From a virus, in IMG/VR virus record IMGVR_UViG_3300031754_000001, positions 1 through 64,000 of that record: a stretch of DNA of 64,000 bases. One strand, 5' to 3'. The translations under genes and the position numbers were made by a program. The notes beneath the pieces were generated by a model. That model was given only the letters and a program-made list of their open reading frames with translations. It did no database searches and had not been told where the DNA came from. Positions within the stretch are counted from its first letter, which is position 1. Every line of letters begins with the position of its first letter. Shown one piece after another: positions 18,202 to 28,877 of the stretch.

Positions 18202-18720
18202 ATGACCCGGTTCCGGGATACGCTCGGGAGCTGGCGGGCCGAGTACTCCCGGCACCCCTGGCTCGCGCTAGCCGGGCTGTTCCTGATCCTCGCCTCGCTC
18301 GGCGCTGCCGGGGCTAAGTTCGCCGGGGTAATCCAGGCGGGACACGGGATCCCGGCAGGCCCGGTCACCGGCAGCCCGTCACTGCCGGGCAAGGGGCAGG
18401 GAACCAAGCCGCTGCCGCTGGTCCGGACTAGCAGCAGCAGCAGTACCGTCCCGCTCCCCAGCCGGATGATGCCGCGCCGCCCGTCACCTTCCTCATTTCC
18501 GGCCTCGCTGTCTCCTGTCCGGGCATCACCGGTTCCGTCACCCGTCACATCCGCGTTCTCAACTGCGCCCGCGTCCTCAACCGCGCCCGCGTCCTCAACC
18601 GCGCCCGCGACCTCGCCGCCGGCCAGCACCGTGCCCCCGGCCAGCACCGTGCCCCCGGCTACGCCCCCGGTCACGCCCGCGACTTCAATAGCGGCCGGAA
18701 TCATGACGTCCGGTCGCTGA
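18202..18720 (+). CDS. membrane-anchored Ser/Pro/Thr-rich protein
   Basis: N-terminal TM segment; STAPAS and STVPPA tandem repeats. Confidence 0.55.
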   Translation: MTRFRDTLGSWRAEYSRHPWLALAGLFLILASLGAAGAKFAGVIQAGHGIPAGPVTGSPSLPGKGQGTKPLPLVRTSSSSSTVPLPSRMMPRRPSPSSFPASLSPVRASPVPSPVTSAFSTAPASSTAPASSTAPATSPPASTVPPASTVPPATPPVTPATSIAAGIMTSGR

Positions 18721-18805
18721 TCCGGATACGCTAGGCGCATCGGTACCCGCGGCCGGGCAGGAGCCGGAGCCGGGAACCTCCACTCTCGCTGCCCGGAGGT
18801 TCCTC

Positions 18806-19780
18806 GTGACGCGTTACCTGGTGACCGGCGGTGCCGGGTTCATTGGCTCGGCCCTGGTCAGGAGGTTGCACGAGGATGGCCATCAGGTCACCGTGCTGGA
18901 CGACTTCTCCCGGGGTCGTCCCCAGCGGGTGACAGGCTTCGCCGGGGTCATGACCGGGGACATCCGCGATCCCGGCACCGTGCAGGCCGCCATGCAGGGC
19001 TGCGAATCCGTGATTCACCTGGCGTACATCCAGGGCACCCAGACGTTCTACGCGGAGCCCAGGCTGATTCTCGACGTGGCCCTGCGCGGTATCCTCAACG
19101 TGCTGGAAGCCTGCCGGGAGACCGGCTGCCGGGAGCTGCTGCTGGTATCCAGCTCCGAGGCGTACGAGACGCCCCCGGTGTACCCGACGCCGGAGGACGT
19201 GCCGCTCGCCGTACCGGACCCGCTGAACCCCCGGTACTCCTATGGCGGCGGGAAGATCGCCTCCGAGCTGGCTGCCCTCGCCTGGCAGCGGACCGGGATC
19301 CTGGACCGGCTGATCATCGCCCGGCCGCACAACATCTACGGCCCTGATATGGGCACCCATCACGTGATTCCCGAGTTCTGTGAGCGGATGAACCAGCTGA
19401 CTAGGCGGCGGGATGCTGACATGTTCTGGAAGGACCCGATTCCGTTTCCGATCCAGGGCAGCGGGCAGGAAACCCGGTCGTTCTGCTACGTCGATGACTG
19501 CACCGAGCAGTTCACGACCCTGCTGGCGAAGGCACCCCGCGGCGCGGAAATCTATCATGTTGGCACGATGGAGGAGCGGACTGTTGCCGGCGTCGCGCAC
19601 GCCATCGCCGCCTGCTATGGCCGGGAGATCAAGATCGAGCCGGGCATCCTGCCGGAGGGCAGTCCGTCACGGCGGCTACCCGACACCGGTAAACTCACCG
19701 CGCTGGGCTACGGCGGCCCGCGGGTCAGCTTCGAGGCCGGCGTGGCCCGCACCGCCGGCTGGTACCGGGCTCATGGCTAG
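18806..19780 (+). CDS. NAD-dependent nucleotide-sugar epimerase/dehydratase
   Basis: VTGGAGFIGS, SSSEAY, YGGGK, RPHNIYGP, RSFCYVDD. Confidence 0.92.
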   Translation: MTRYLVTGGAGFIGSALVRRLHEDGHQVTVLDDFSRGRPQRVTGFAGVMTGDIRDPGTVQAAMQGCESVIHLAYIQGTQTFYAEPRLILDVALRGILNVLEACRETGCRELLLVSSSEAYETPPVYPTPEDVPLAVPDPLNPRYSYGGGKIASELAALAWQRTGILDRLIIARPHNIYGPDMGTHHVIPEFCERMNQLTRRRDADMFWKDPIPFPIQGSGQETRSFCYVDDCTEQFTTLLAKAPRGAEIYHVGTMEERTVAGVAHAIAACYGREIKIEPGILPEGSPSRRLPDTGKLTALGYGGPRVSFEAGVARTAGWYRAHG

Positions 19781-19949
19781 GGCGGTCATTCCGCGCCGGG
19801 CGCTGCCGTTCAGGACGCGCGTGCGGCTGCGGCTTGCCCGGTGCGTGGATGACGTGGCGTACTGGCTCGTCTGCCATGATCACTGCACTGCGGCTGAGCG
19901 ACTATGGAAGTTCTGCGGGATGTGGAAATTATGCCCGAGATCCCGGTAA
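19773..19949 (+). CDS. small hypothetical protein; in-frame TTA at 19929 overlaps the next ATG
   Basis: MARAVIPRR..LWKFCGMWK then TTA; TTATG at 19929-19933. Confidence 0.55.
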   Translation: MARAVIPRRALPFRTRVRLRLARCVDDVAYWLVCHDHCTAAERLWKFCGMWKLCPRSR

Positions 19950-21193
19950 GGCGCCGATCGCCGGCTGAAGTCAGGGAACGCCTTCTCGCGGCGGGTTTCC
20001 CCGGAGATCTCGCCAGGGAGGTGACCATGCCCGAGGGTCCAGTCCTGGCTTGCGGCTCCTGCGGTTCCGGGCCGCTGGAACCCGTGCTGGACCTGGGACC
20101 GCAGCCGCTGCCGCAGGCGATGCCGGGCCGGGCCGGGCTGGTGAAATACCCGCTGCGACTGGTGCAGTGCCCGCAGTGCACGCTGGTTCAGCTCGATTAC
20201 ATCGTCTCGCAGCACGAGCTGTTCCCGGCGGATTACCCGTACGCCACCGGGAACACGAAGGCGCTCCGGGTTCATTTCGACCAGCTGGCGGGAGAAGTCA
20301 CTGCCATGATCGGGCACGAGGACCTGGTGGTGGACATCGGCGCGAACGACGGCACGTTCCTCGGCCTGGTGCACCAGGAATGGCTGCGCGAGGACCGCAC
20401 CCGGTTCCGGCCGCGGGTACTGGCCATCGAGCCGACGAACCAGGCGCGCAAGTGCAGGCAGGCCGGGATCGGGGTTGTGCAGGACTATTTCACCGCCGCG
20501 CTCGCCGCCAGGATCAGGCAGGACCACGGGACGGCGAAGGTGATCGTCACGGCGAACACCTTCGGGCACGTCCCGGATCCGCACGACTTCCTGGATGGCG
20601 TGACGGAGCTGCTGGCCGGGGACGGCACGCTCATCATCGACAACCAGGACTGGCACAACGTCGTCAACGACCTGCAGATCGACACGATCTACCACGAGCA
20701 CCTGCGGTACTACTCCCCCGCGTCCCTGTCGCACCTGCTCGCGCGGCACGGCCTGCTGGTGACCAGCCTGACGCGGATCGCGATGCACGGCGGGTCGTTC
20801 CGCGCGATCGCGGTCCGGGAGAAGCCCGGCCTGGCGGTGCGGGCCATCCAGCTGGCCGCCCGGCTGAACGAGCTGCTGAGCGAGGCAGCGAAAGCCGGCC
20901 CCGTTTACGCGATCGGGGCACCTACCCGGGCGACGTCGCTGGTCAACTACGCGGGCCTGGGCAAGTACCTGTACCGCGCCTGCGAGATCGCGGGCAGCGA
21001 GAAGATCGGCGCGGTCATCCCCGGTACCACGGTGCCAATCGTGGATGAGCAGGCCTTGTTTGGCAACCAGCCGCCGTACGCCCTGCTGCTCGCCTGGGAC
21101 CTGTATACCGATATCATCCCGAAACTCCGCGCGAACGGGTACAACGGGAAGATCATCATCCCGCTGCCCGAGCCCAGGATTTTCCATGGCTGA
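19931..21193 (+). CDS. NDP-hexose C-methyltransferase
   Basis: CxxC..LDLGPQPL..CxxC..LVQL, DIGANDG, DTIYHEH, HGGS, KIG..IPGT..PI, LLAW; alternative start at 20027 with SD GGAGGTG. Confidence 0.9.
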   Translation: MPEIPVRRRSPAEVRERLLAAGFPGDLAREVTMPEGPVLACGSCGSGPLEPVLDLGPQPLPQAMPGRAGLVKYPLRLVQCPQCTLVQLDYIVSQHELFPADYPYATGNTKALRVHFDQLAGEVTAMIGHEDLVVDIGANDGTFLGLVHQEWLREDRTRFRPRVLAIEPTNQARKCRQAGIGVVQDYFTAALAARIRQDHGTAKVIVTANTFGHVPDPHDFLDGVTELLAGDGTLIIDNQDWHNVVNDLQIDTIYHEHLRYYSPASLSHLLARHGLLVTSLTRIAMHGGSFRAIAVREKPGLAVRAIQLAARLNELLSEAAKAGPVYAIGAPTRATSLVNYAGLGKYLYRACEIAGSEKIGAVIPGTTVPIVDEQALFGNQPPYALLLAWDLYTDIIPKLRANGYNGKIIIPLPEPRIFHG

Positions 21194-21551
21194 GACGGAG
21201 CTGGCCGCCGGAGTGCGCGGCCTGATGACCGAGCCCCGGCAGGTCACCGCTACCGCCCGGTTCCGCGGGAAGCCCGGCCGGGAAGCCGAAGCCGCTGCGG
21301 CCTGGGCGTTCGAGCTGACCTACTACTTCACCCGCGGAACCGGCGAGGCCCCGCGGGTGACCTATGCGGACGGCATCTACACCTGCACCGGGATCATGCA
21401 GACCACGTACCCGGGCGACCGCCTGGTCACCGACTTTACCCCGGATGAGCCGTGGTCGCTGGATTACGCGTCCGGCCATGACCGGCAGGCCATGCTCCGG
21501 GAGATGTACCCGGGACTCGGCATCTGGTATGACGGCAGGGATCATGGCTGA
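21186..21551 (+). CDS. hypothetical protein
   Basis: Overlaps neighbouring genes on both sides. Confidence 0.6.
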   Translation: MAETELAAGVRGLMTEPRQVTATARFRGKPGREAEAAAAWAFELTYYFTRGTGEAPRVTYADGIYTCTGIMQTTYPGDRLVTDFTPDEPWSLDYASGHDRQAMLREMYPGLGIWYDGRDHG

Positions 21552-22257
21552 CGATGCGCTGGCCTGGCACCGGGAGCTGGAAGCCGAGTACGCCGCCCGG
21601 CTGGCTGAATGGTCTGACATCGCCGAGCAGATGCCGTTGTTGTATGCGGCGGCCCGCGGTTACGCCCGGCCGGTGATCGCTGAGCTGGGTACGCGCACGG
21701 GCCAGTCCACGGCCGCGCTGCTCGCCGGGGCCAGTGCCAGCGGCGGCCACGTCTGGAGCGTGGACTGCGGCCCGGTCACGGTGCCATCCTGGTGGATCAC
21801 GACCGGGCTGTGGTCGTTCCTGCCCGCCGATGACCTGAGCGACGAGGCGGCCCGGTGGCTGCCCGCGGAGCTGGACATCCTGTTCATCGACACGTCGCAC
21901 CTGTACGAGCGCACGCTGGACGAGCTGCACTGGTACGCGCCGCGGGTCCGGCCCGGCGGGACGGTGTTCTGCCACGATCCGGAGCTGAGGCGGGACGACC
22001 CTGTGATGGACGATCCCGTAACCGGCGATCAGTGGCTCCGCGCTGCCGCTGCCGGGCCGGAATACCCGGTTGCCGCCGCGCTCGACACGTACTGCGCGGA
22101 GACGGGCCTGACCTGGGAACGGCAGGTGCAGCAGCACACGCCAGTCGCCTACCAGCCGTTCTACGGCCTGGGCACGATCAGGATCCCGGTGGCGCGGTCA
22201 GCGATAGATGCCTGCCAGGAAGCGCCTGACGAGATTCATTACCTGGCTGGTGACTGA
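21544..22257 (+). CDS. class I SAM methyltransferase (Methyltransf_24-like)
   Basis: ELGTRTGQST, SVD, LFIDTSHLYE, VRPGG..CHD. Confidence 0.88.
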   Translation: MADDALAWHRELEAEYAARLAEWSDIAEQMPLLYAAARGYARPVIAELGTRTGQSTAALLAGASASGGHVWSVDCGPVTVPSWWITTGLWSFLPADDLSDEAARWLPAELDILFIDTSHLYERTLDELHWYAPRVRPGGTVFCHDPELRRDDPVMDDPVTGDQWLRAAAAGPEYPVAAALDTYCAETGLTWERQVQQHTPVAYQPFYGLGTIRIPVARSAIDACQEAPDEIHYLAGD

Positions 22258-22259
22258 CT

Positions 22260-22973
22260 ATGCGCGAGACTGCCGATTCGATCTGGCTGTGCCCGTCCCG
22301 GGGCAGGCCCGGTCAGGTCGCGGAACTGCGGGAAGCCTGGGATAAGGTGACCAGCCCGCAAGCGGCGCTGCTCGTCGCCGTTGATGCGGATGACCCGGAA
22401 CTGGATGCCTACCTGGCGGACGGCCCGGTGCGGGTGATTCCCCCGCTCGGATGGCTCGGCCCGATCCTGAACAGGCTGGCCCCCGGTTACGCCCCGCGGT
22501 ACGGTCACATCGGCTTCCTGGGCGATGATCACCGGCCGCGCACCCCGGGCTGGGACCGGCAGCTGGCCGGCGCCCTGCACGGGCGGCCCGGCGTGGCCTA
22601 CGGCAACGACCTGATCAAGAGCGGGGAGGTGGCCACCGCTGCCCTGATCTCCTCCCGGGTGATCACCGCGCTCGGCTACATGGTGCCGCCCGGGGACGAG
22701 GCGACGGGCCGGCCGCCGGTCCTGCACATGGACACGGATACGTTCTGGACTCAGCTGGGCCGGGACCTGGGCTGCCTGGAGTACCTGGATCACGTGATCA
22801 TCGAGCATATGCACCCGCTGGCCGGCAAGGGCATCCAGGACGCCGGCTACCACCGGGTGAACACCCCGGAACGGCACTATGCTGACCGGATGGCCTATCA
22901 GAGGTTCCTGGCGGAACGCTGGTACGGGCCGGAGGGGGACCTGGCCCGGCTGCGGGAGAAACTGGATGGCTGA
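22260..22973 (+). CDS. GT-A-fold glycosyltransferase
   Basis: PSRGRP, VDADDP, FLGDDHRPRTPGWD, IEHMHP. Confidence 0.8.
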   Translation: MRETADSIWLCPSRGRPGQVAELREAWDKVTSPQAALLVAVDADDPELDAYLADGPVRVIPPLGWLGPILNRLAPGYAPRYGHIGFLGDDHRPRTPGWDRQLAGALHGRPGVAYGNDLIKSGEVATAALISSRVITALGYMVPPGDEATGRPPVLHMDTDTFWTQLGRDLGCLEYLDHVIIEHMHPLAGKGIQDAGYHRVNTPERHYADRMAYQRFLAERWYGPEGDLARLREKLDG

Positions 22974-23531
22974 CACGGCAAAACCGGGCCTGGACCCGAT
23001 CGGCTGGTTCATCGTCACGACGCACCAGCCGATCGGCCATGACAAGACCGCGGCGCTCATCGGCGCGCCGGCCGGGGACAAGAGCGAGTGCCTGATCTGC
23101 CAGTACGAGCAGTATCCCGGCGGCCGTGAGTACGATGCCTCGGGTATCCTGCTTGACCTGGCGGAACAGCGCGAGCTGAAGCGCCAGGCCGTCATCCGCG
23201 CGCTGGCTCCCCGCGATACGCCAGGACAGCCGGGAAGGCGGCCATGAGCGAGGCCAGGGATATGCTCGACCGGTACCTGCAGCGAACCGGGCTGCGCCGG
23301 CCGGCAGACGCCGCCCAGCAGTTCCAGGTCACCCTGCTCCGGCAGTGGATCGGTCACCTGGACGAGGTGCTGGAGCAGAACCTGCCGGACCAGCCGTATT
23401 TCCGGCTCAAGATCATCCGGGAGTTCATGTACGGGGCTGTGCCGGCCGATGCCGAAGCAGAACTGCGCACGGCCATGCACGCGGACATGGCGTACTGGGC
23501 CGACCGCGCGGAACCGGAGGCCCGCACGTGA
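22966..23531 (+). CDS. two hypothetical proteins (22966-23247, 23244-23531)
   Basis: Overlapping ORFs with an ATGA junction between them. Confidence 0.6.
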
Positions 23532-24802
23532 AACTGTCCCTGGTCAGCTGCCGGTCGCCGTTCCTGGACGATGACCGGATCTACCCGCCGCTCGGCCTGC
23601 TGTATCTTAAGTCGGCGGTCGCCGCGCAGGTCCCCGGCGCCGAGATCAGCGTCACGGACAGCTATGACCTGGACGACCTGTCCCAGTTTGCGGACGCCGA
23701 CGTCATCGGCATCTCCGTCATGACCCCCCAGCGGCGCGAGGCGGACCGGATCGCCGTCGCGGTCAAGGGCGCCTGGCCGGGCAAGACGGTGATCGCCGGC
23801 GGCCCGCACGTCCGGCATTACGGCACCGGGATGAAAGGCTGGCCCTGGGATTACCTGGCCGGCGGCGACGGAGAACGCGTGCTCCCGGCAATAATAAAGG
23901 GGGACCATGTTCCGTACCTGACGCACGATCAGGTGCCCCGCGCCGAGCTGGCGGCCATGCCCCGGCCGGACCGGCTCGGCGAGGCCGGCTTCCTGCGGAA
24001 CTACTCCTACACCCTGGCCGGCCTGGACTCGACCACCATGATGCTCGGCCGGGGCTGCCCGATGGCCTGCAAGTTTTGCGAGGACGCCCGCACCCTCACC
24101 CGGTGGACGTCCCTGGCCAACGCGGAAGCCGAGCTGGACGACATCGTGTCCCTCGGGTACAAGGGCGTGTACCTGTTTGATGACCTGTTCGCGATCAACC
24201 TGGGCAAGTGCCGGCCGTACCTGGACCTGCTGAAGGCCTCCGGGCTGAGATTCCGGTGCAACGTGCACGCCCGGTTCATGACGGCCGAGTTCGCCGCGGC
24301 GCTCGCCGACGCCGGGTGCGCGGAAGCCGCGTTCGGCGCGGAATCCGGCTCCCAGCGGATCCTCGACCGGATCGACAAGAAGACCACCGTCGCCCAGAAT
24401 TATGCGTGCGTCCGGCACTGCCGGGACCACGGCATCCTGGTGAAGGCGTTCGTCATGATCGGCCTGCCGGGCGAGACCCGGGAGACGATCGCCGAGACGG
24501 AGCGGTTCATCACCGGATCGGGGGTCGATGACGCCCAGATCGCCATCTACTACCCGTACAAGGGCACCATGCTCCGGCAGGAGATGGACGACGGGACCGC
24601 CGGGGACCTGCTGTTCACCGGGGAAGGGCTGGGTGCCTACGGGCAGAAGGACCTGGGTACCGACGCGGTGGTCCGCACTCCCGAGCTGTCCCCGGAGGAC
24701 CTGGTGGCCATCCGGGAGGAGCTGATCCGGACCTATAAGTTCCGGTCGCACACCGGCCCGCGCGACCATTTCTTCGACGGTCACCTGGCAGGGCAGGGAT
24801 GA
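23528..24802 (+). CDS. B12-binding radical SAM enzyme
   Basis: PPLGLLYL, GGPH, GDGE, RGCPMACKFC, GAESGSQ, MIGLPGET. Confidence 0.92.
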   Translation: MKLSLVSCRSPFLDDDRIYPPLGLLYLKSAVAAQVPGAEISVTDSYDLDDLSQFADADVIGISVMTPQRREADRIAVAVKGAWPGKTVIAGGPHVRHYGTGMKGWPWDYLAGGDGERVLPAIIKGDHVPYLTHDQVPRAELAAMPRPDRLGEAGFLRNYSYTLAGLDSTTMMLGRGCPMACKFCEDARTLTRWTSLANAEAELDDIVSLGYKGVYLFDDLFAINLGKCRPYLDLLKASGLRFRCNVHARFMTAEFAAALADAGCAEAAFGAESGSQRILDRIDKKTTVAQNYACVRHCRDHGILVKAFVMIGLPGETRETIAETERFITGSGVDDAQIAIYYPYKGTMLRQEMDDGTAGDLLFTGEGLGAYGQKDLGTDAVVRTPELSPEDLVAIREELIRTYKFRSHTGPRDHFFDGHLAGQG

Positions 24803-24967
24803 CCGCGTGACCCGGCTCTGCAGGATCTGCGGGAACCTCCGCGAGCTGGCCGACGTCCCGTGGTGCGCCCGGTGCATCGGCCAGCTGCACAGCGCGATCT
24901 GCTCCAAGCCGTTCGGGCACCCGGGATCCTGCGATCCGGCCCCAGCTGTCGCCGGATGGGGAATGCC

Positions 24968-25582
24968 GTGAGCATCCCGAAGGTAACGGTGGTGACCCCG
25001 ACCTGGCAGCGGCACGAGATGCTGCTGACCCGGTGCATTCCCGCGGTCCAGGCGCAGGGCTACCCGGACGTGGAGCACCTGGTGATCAGCGACGGCCCCG
25101 ACCAGGAGCTGGGCGCGAAGCTGAGCCAGCCGTGGCTGGACGGCTGGAAAGGCCTGTGGTACCGCGAGTTGCCGGAACACGCGCCGGAGCCGAATTTCGG
25201 GCATTACGCCCGGCTGCATGGTGCCGAACTGGCCTCCGGCGAGTACGTCACGTACTGCGATGATGATGACGCCCTGCGCCCGCTGCACTGCCAGCTGCTG
25301 GCAGCGGCCCTGGACGAGAACCCGGATGCCGGGTACGCGGTGTCGATGATGCTCTCGCACGGCCCGCACGGTGATACCACCATCGGGTGGGGTCCGCTGG
25401 CTTGCGGGAACGTCGGCACCCCGATGATCATGCACCGCCGGGAGATCCTGGAACACGGGACCTGGGGACCGCCCAGCCGGCTGGAGGACTGGGAAGTGGT
25501 CTTGAAGTGGATCAACGCCGGGATCACGCACGTCCGGGTGGATGAGGAGACTTCCGACGTGTGGCCGAGCCTGTACCGGTAA
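24968..25582 (+). CDS. glycosyltransferase family 2
   Basis: VTVVTPTW, VISDG, GEYVTYCDDDD, EDW. Confidence 0.88.
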   Translation: MSIPKVTVVTPTWQRHEMLLTRCIPAVQAQGYPDVEHLVISDGPDQELGAKLSQPWLDGWKGLWYRELPEHAPEPNFGHYARLHGAELASGEYVTYCDDDDALRPLHCQLLAAALDENPDAGYAVSMMLSHGPHGDTTIGWGPLACGNVGTPMIMHRREILEHGTWGPPSRLEDWEVVLKWINAGITHVRVDEETSDVWPSLYR

Positions 25583-25706
25583 GCTGCCGCCATAACTGCG
25601 ATCACGGAGCTGGAGCAGGCCGTCCCGGGTGACCCGGATGTCATGGCCGTGATCGTCGTCAGGACCGGAGACAGGACCCTGCCTGGCCGGCGATCTCTGC
25701 CGGAGG

Positions 25707-26350
25707 ATGATGATGATGATGACCCAGCCCGTCCTGGACGAGAACGGCCTGCCGCCCCTGCTCGACGCCGGCAATAGCTTGCTGGCCAGGGTGCCCTGCC
25801 ATATGGTCACCGGGAAGCTGCCCACCCCGGACGGCGAATGCGGCGTGCTGACCATCCGGACCGCGGACGTCACCCTCACCCTGATCCTGGATAAGGCCAG
25901 CGTGAGCCAGTGGACGGACGCCATGGCCGGGCTGCGGGATGCGCTGTCCAGCGCGAACCTGGTCATCCCGGTGCGCGGTCAGGCCATGCAGATCGCGGAC
26001 GCGGCCAGGAACGGCCAGCAGCCGTGACGGACCCGGATGAGCGGATCCGGGACTACGTGGCCGGCCTGCCGGATGCCAGCGGCACGTTCACCGGTACCTT
26101 CAGCTCTGATGCGGATGTCGCCGCGCTGGGTGGCCCGCCTGACGCCCTGTTCCCGGTGGATATCGATACCGGGGACCGGTTCAGTCCGGGAGCAATGGTC
26201 CTGACCGAGCTGCGGATCAAGGTAATGCCCGGCGGTAAGGTATATGTCTTCCCGGTTGCCCGCACTGAGATGACCGCCGGCAGTAACCGGGTACGGCTGT
26301 GGTGCCGTCGCCCGCACGCGCGGGAACAGGGCGAAGGGGCTAGCACATGA
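25707..26350 (+). CDS. two hypothetical proteins (25707-26027, 26024-26350)
   Basis: SD GGAGG; GTGA coupling. Confidence 0.55.
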
Positions 26351-26369
26351 TGCTGGTGAGCCCGCACCC

Positions 26370-28577
26370 GTGAAAGTTTTCGCAGGTCACGATGGCGGCA
26401 GCGGATGCAGCTATTACCGCATGGAGTTGCCTCTGGGTGAATTGGGGAAACACGATGGCTACGATGTCACCTTCGCCGACGCGGGCGACCAGGCCACCGG
26501 GACGCCCCGGGTCACGCTGAGAGACCTGCAGGGCTACGACGTGATCACTGCGCAGCGGTGGAACCGGCACGAAGGCCTGGAAGTCTGGCGCCGCGCCCGC
26601 GGCCCGTTCTCCCGGCTGGTGTTCGAGCTGGACGATGACGTCTTCAGCATCACCCCGGAGAACTGGCAGGCCTACCAGCTGTACGGCCGCCCCGACATCC
26701 GCGATGCCGTGTCCCACGCGGTCGAGACCGCGGACCTGGTGACCGTCTCCACCGAGCCCCTGGCGCAAGTGATGCGCGAGTACAACGGCAATGTCACGGT
26801 GCTGGGTAACTGCGTGCCCGGCTGGGTGCTGGATTTGCCCCGGCCGCAGCGGGACCGCCCGCGGATCGGCTGGGGTGGCGGTGCTTCGCACGGCGTGGAC
26901 ATCGGCATCATCGCCGGCCCGGCCCGCCGGTTCCTCAAGCGGTTCCCCGGCTGGGATATCCAGCTCAACGGCACCGATTACCGGCCGACCATCAAGGCCC
27001 CGCGGGACCGGATGTTCTACGCGCCCTGGGCGCAGGTCAACACCGACCCGGAGGGCTTCTACGGCGCGATTGACTTCGACATCGGCCTGTGCCCGCTCTG
27101 GCCCACCACGTTCAGCCGGTCGAAATGTATAGACTCAAGTATGCGGATTTCAACCGACCGGGGTGTCCTTAAAGCGGGCCAGATTGAGCCTGGCATGCGT
27201 GTCTGGCTGAATGGCTGGCGTGAAGTCCAGGCAGTTGCGCGCCAGCCGGAGCAGACCGGATTGCGTATCACGACGCATCGCGGGATGCAGGTCACCGTGA
27301 CTCTAGACCATCGGCTGATGGGCGTTCTAGGCTGGCGTCAGGCCAGGGAACTGCGCATCGGGGATGGCTTGCGGCTCATCCAGGAACGGTGCCCGGAACT
27401 TCCGTACCAGCGAGTGCCCTGGCCGGCAGATGGCAGGCAAACACGAGTTGGCCCGATAGACCCGATGGCTTTCCTGAAAAATACGGAAGGCCCGTCAGTG
27501 ACGATCACTGAAACCTGGGGCCGCATCCTCGGGCTGTTTACCGGAGACGGGAACGTCAGCAGTAAGACCGCGATCCAGTTTTCCTGCGACGGCCAGGACC
27601 AGGACCTGATTAAGCTGCTGATCATCGACCTGGAGTCAGCCGGATTCAAGGCCACGACGGAACAGGCCGTCACCTATGGCGGGGACATCCTGCGCAAGCG
27701 CACAGTCCGGACGGCCAGCGGGCATCTTCTGCGGTTCCTGCTTGGCGTCGGCGTCCTGCATGCGCATCCGGAAACTGGTCACCGATCACGGACGCTCCGC
27801 GTACCGGAGGTGATCTTTCGTAGCCCCGAGCTGGTCCGGGTAGCATTCCTGGCCGGCCTGTTCGAGGCTGACGGTCACGTCGCCCGGTCGGCAGTCTCGC
27901 TGACCAGTAAAAGCGAGGACCTGGCCCGAGATGTGCAGCGTCTCTTGTGGAGCATTGGCATCCCTTCCGGCTTGCACCGGCACAGAGGAAGCCGGCAATC
28001 GCCCTATGCGGACAGGATCTACTGGGCTGTTCAGCTCCGGCTAGAAGAAACCCGGCTGTTCGCGCTGCATGTTGGGTTCTTGTCCCAGCGCAAACAGGCC
28101 AAGCTGGACAGCATCATCAGCCGGGATAATGCGCGCCGGGACCAAGTGAATAAAAACGGTGACCGCCGGGGCTGCGTACCTAACGGCTTGAAGCCAATCC
28201 GCTGGACGGACGAGATCGAGAGCATCCAACTGTGCCAGGTCACTCCGGTGGACATTCAGGTCGATGGCGAAGCCTATTCCGCGGCCGGGATACACAGTCA
28301 TAACAGCGCGATCAAGGCGATCGAGATGGCCGCCCGCGGCATCCCTGTCATCGCCACCGACTGCCCGGCTTACCAGCCCGTGATCACCCACGGCATGAAC
28401 GGCTTCCTGGTAAGGCAGGATCACGAGTGGCTGAAGTACCTGAGCGAGCTGGCCGCCGATGACGGGCTGCGCGCGAAGATGGGCGAGGCCGCCCGGGACA
28501 TGGCCCGCCGTCACCTGATCGAGGACCGCTGGGCAGACTGGGCCGCCGCGTACAGCGGGCTGTTCCCGGCCCGGTGA
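26370..28577 (+). CDS. GT-B glycosyltransferase with intein
   Basis: GCSYYRM, FELDDD, RIGWGG..SH, DIGLCPL..FSRSK|SAIKAIE..RGIPVIA..NGFLV. Confidence 0.9.
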   Translation: MKVFAGHDGGSGCSYYRMELPLGELGKHDGYDVTFADAGDQATGTPRVTLRDLQGYDVITAQRWNRHEGLEVWRRARGPFSRLVFELDDDVFSITPENWQAYQLYGRPDIRDAVSHAVETADLVTVSTEPLAQVMREYNGNVTVLGNCVPGWVLDLPRPQRDRPRIGWGGGASHGVDIGIIAGPARRFLKRFPGWDIQLNGTDYRPTIKAPRDRMFYAPWAQVNTDPEGFYGAIDFDIGLCPLWPTTFSRSKCIDSSMRISTDRGVLKAGQIEPGMRVWLNGWREVQAVARQPEQTGLRITTHRGMQVTVTLDHRLMGVLGWRQARELRIGDGLRLIQERCPELPYQRVPWPADGRQTRVGPIDPMAFLKNTEGPSVTITETWGRILGLFTGDGNVSSKTAIQFSCDGQDQDLIKLLIIDLESAGFKATTEQAVTYGGDILRKRTVRTASGHLLRFLLGVGVLHAHPETGHRSRTLRVPEVIFRSPELVRVAFLAGLFEADGHVARSAVSLTSKSEDLARDVQRLLWSIGIPSGLHRHRGSRQSPYADRIYWAVQLRLEETRLFALHVGFLSQRKQAKLDSIISRDNARRDQVNKNGDRRGCVPNGLKPIRWTDEIESIQLCQVTPVDIQVDGEAYSAAGIHSHNSAIKAIEMAARGIPVIATDCPAYQPVITHGMNGFLVRQDHEWLKYLSELAADDGLRAKMGEAARDMARRHLIEDRWADWAAAYSGLFPAR
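27126..28304 (+). mobile_element. intein with LAGLIDADG endonuclease (393 aa)
   Basis: Starts CIDSSMRIST; TLDHRL; LGLFTGDG and FLAGLFEADG; ends HSHN; +1 Ser. Confidence 0.93.
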
Positions 28578-28877
28578 GCGAGGACGTGCCGTGGGAGGCT
28601 CCGAACGGTACCCGGTGGCTGCACTTTCCCGGATTGGGTGAGTGGACCGGATGGCAGCCCGGAGAGGACGGCGTGTGGTCGCTGACCGAAGAGGAATTCG
28701 CCCAGGCTTACGGGCCGTTCCGGTAGCTGCCCGGCAGGCAAGCGCGAGAATAATGCCGTAACCTGGTCACGCGAGCATATCGCGGCCTTTCGGCAGCCGC
28801 CCCCTGAAGGCTCCCCATGCGGAGTACCTGATACCAGGGGGCGCTGCTATATGGATCAGGAGGGGCGGGCCTTAGGC

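Noticed and set aside
23354-25966. 870-aa minus-strand ORF and similar long antisense ORFs
   Set aside because: Shadow frames of GC3-biased plus-strand genes with no recognisable motifs.
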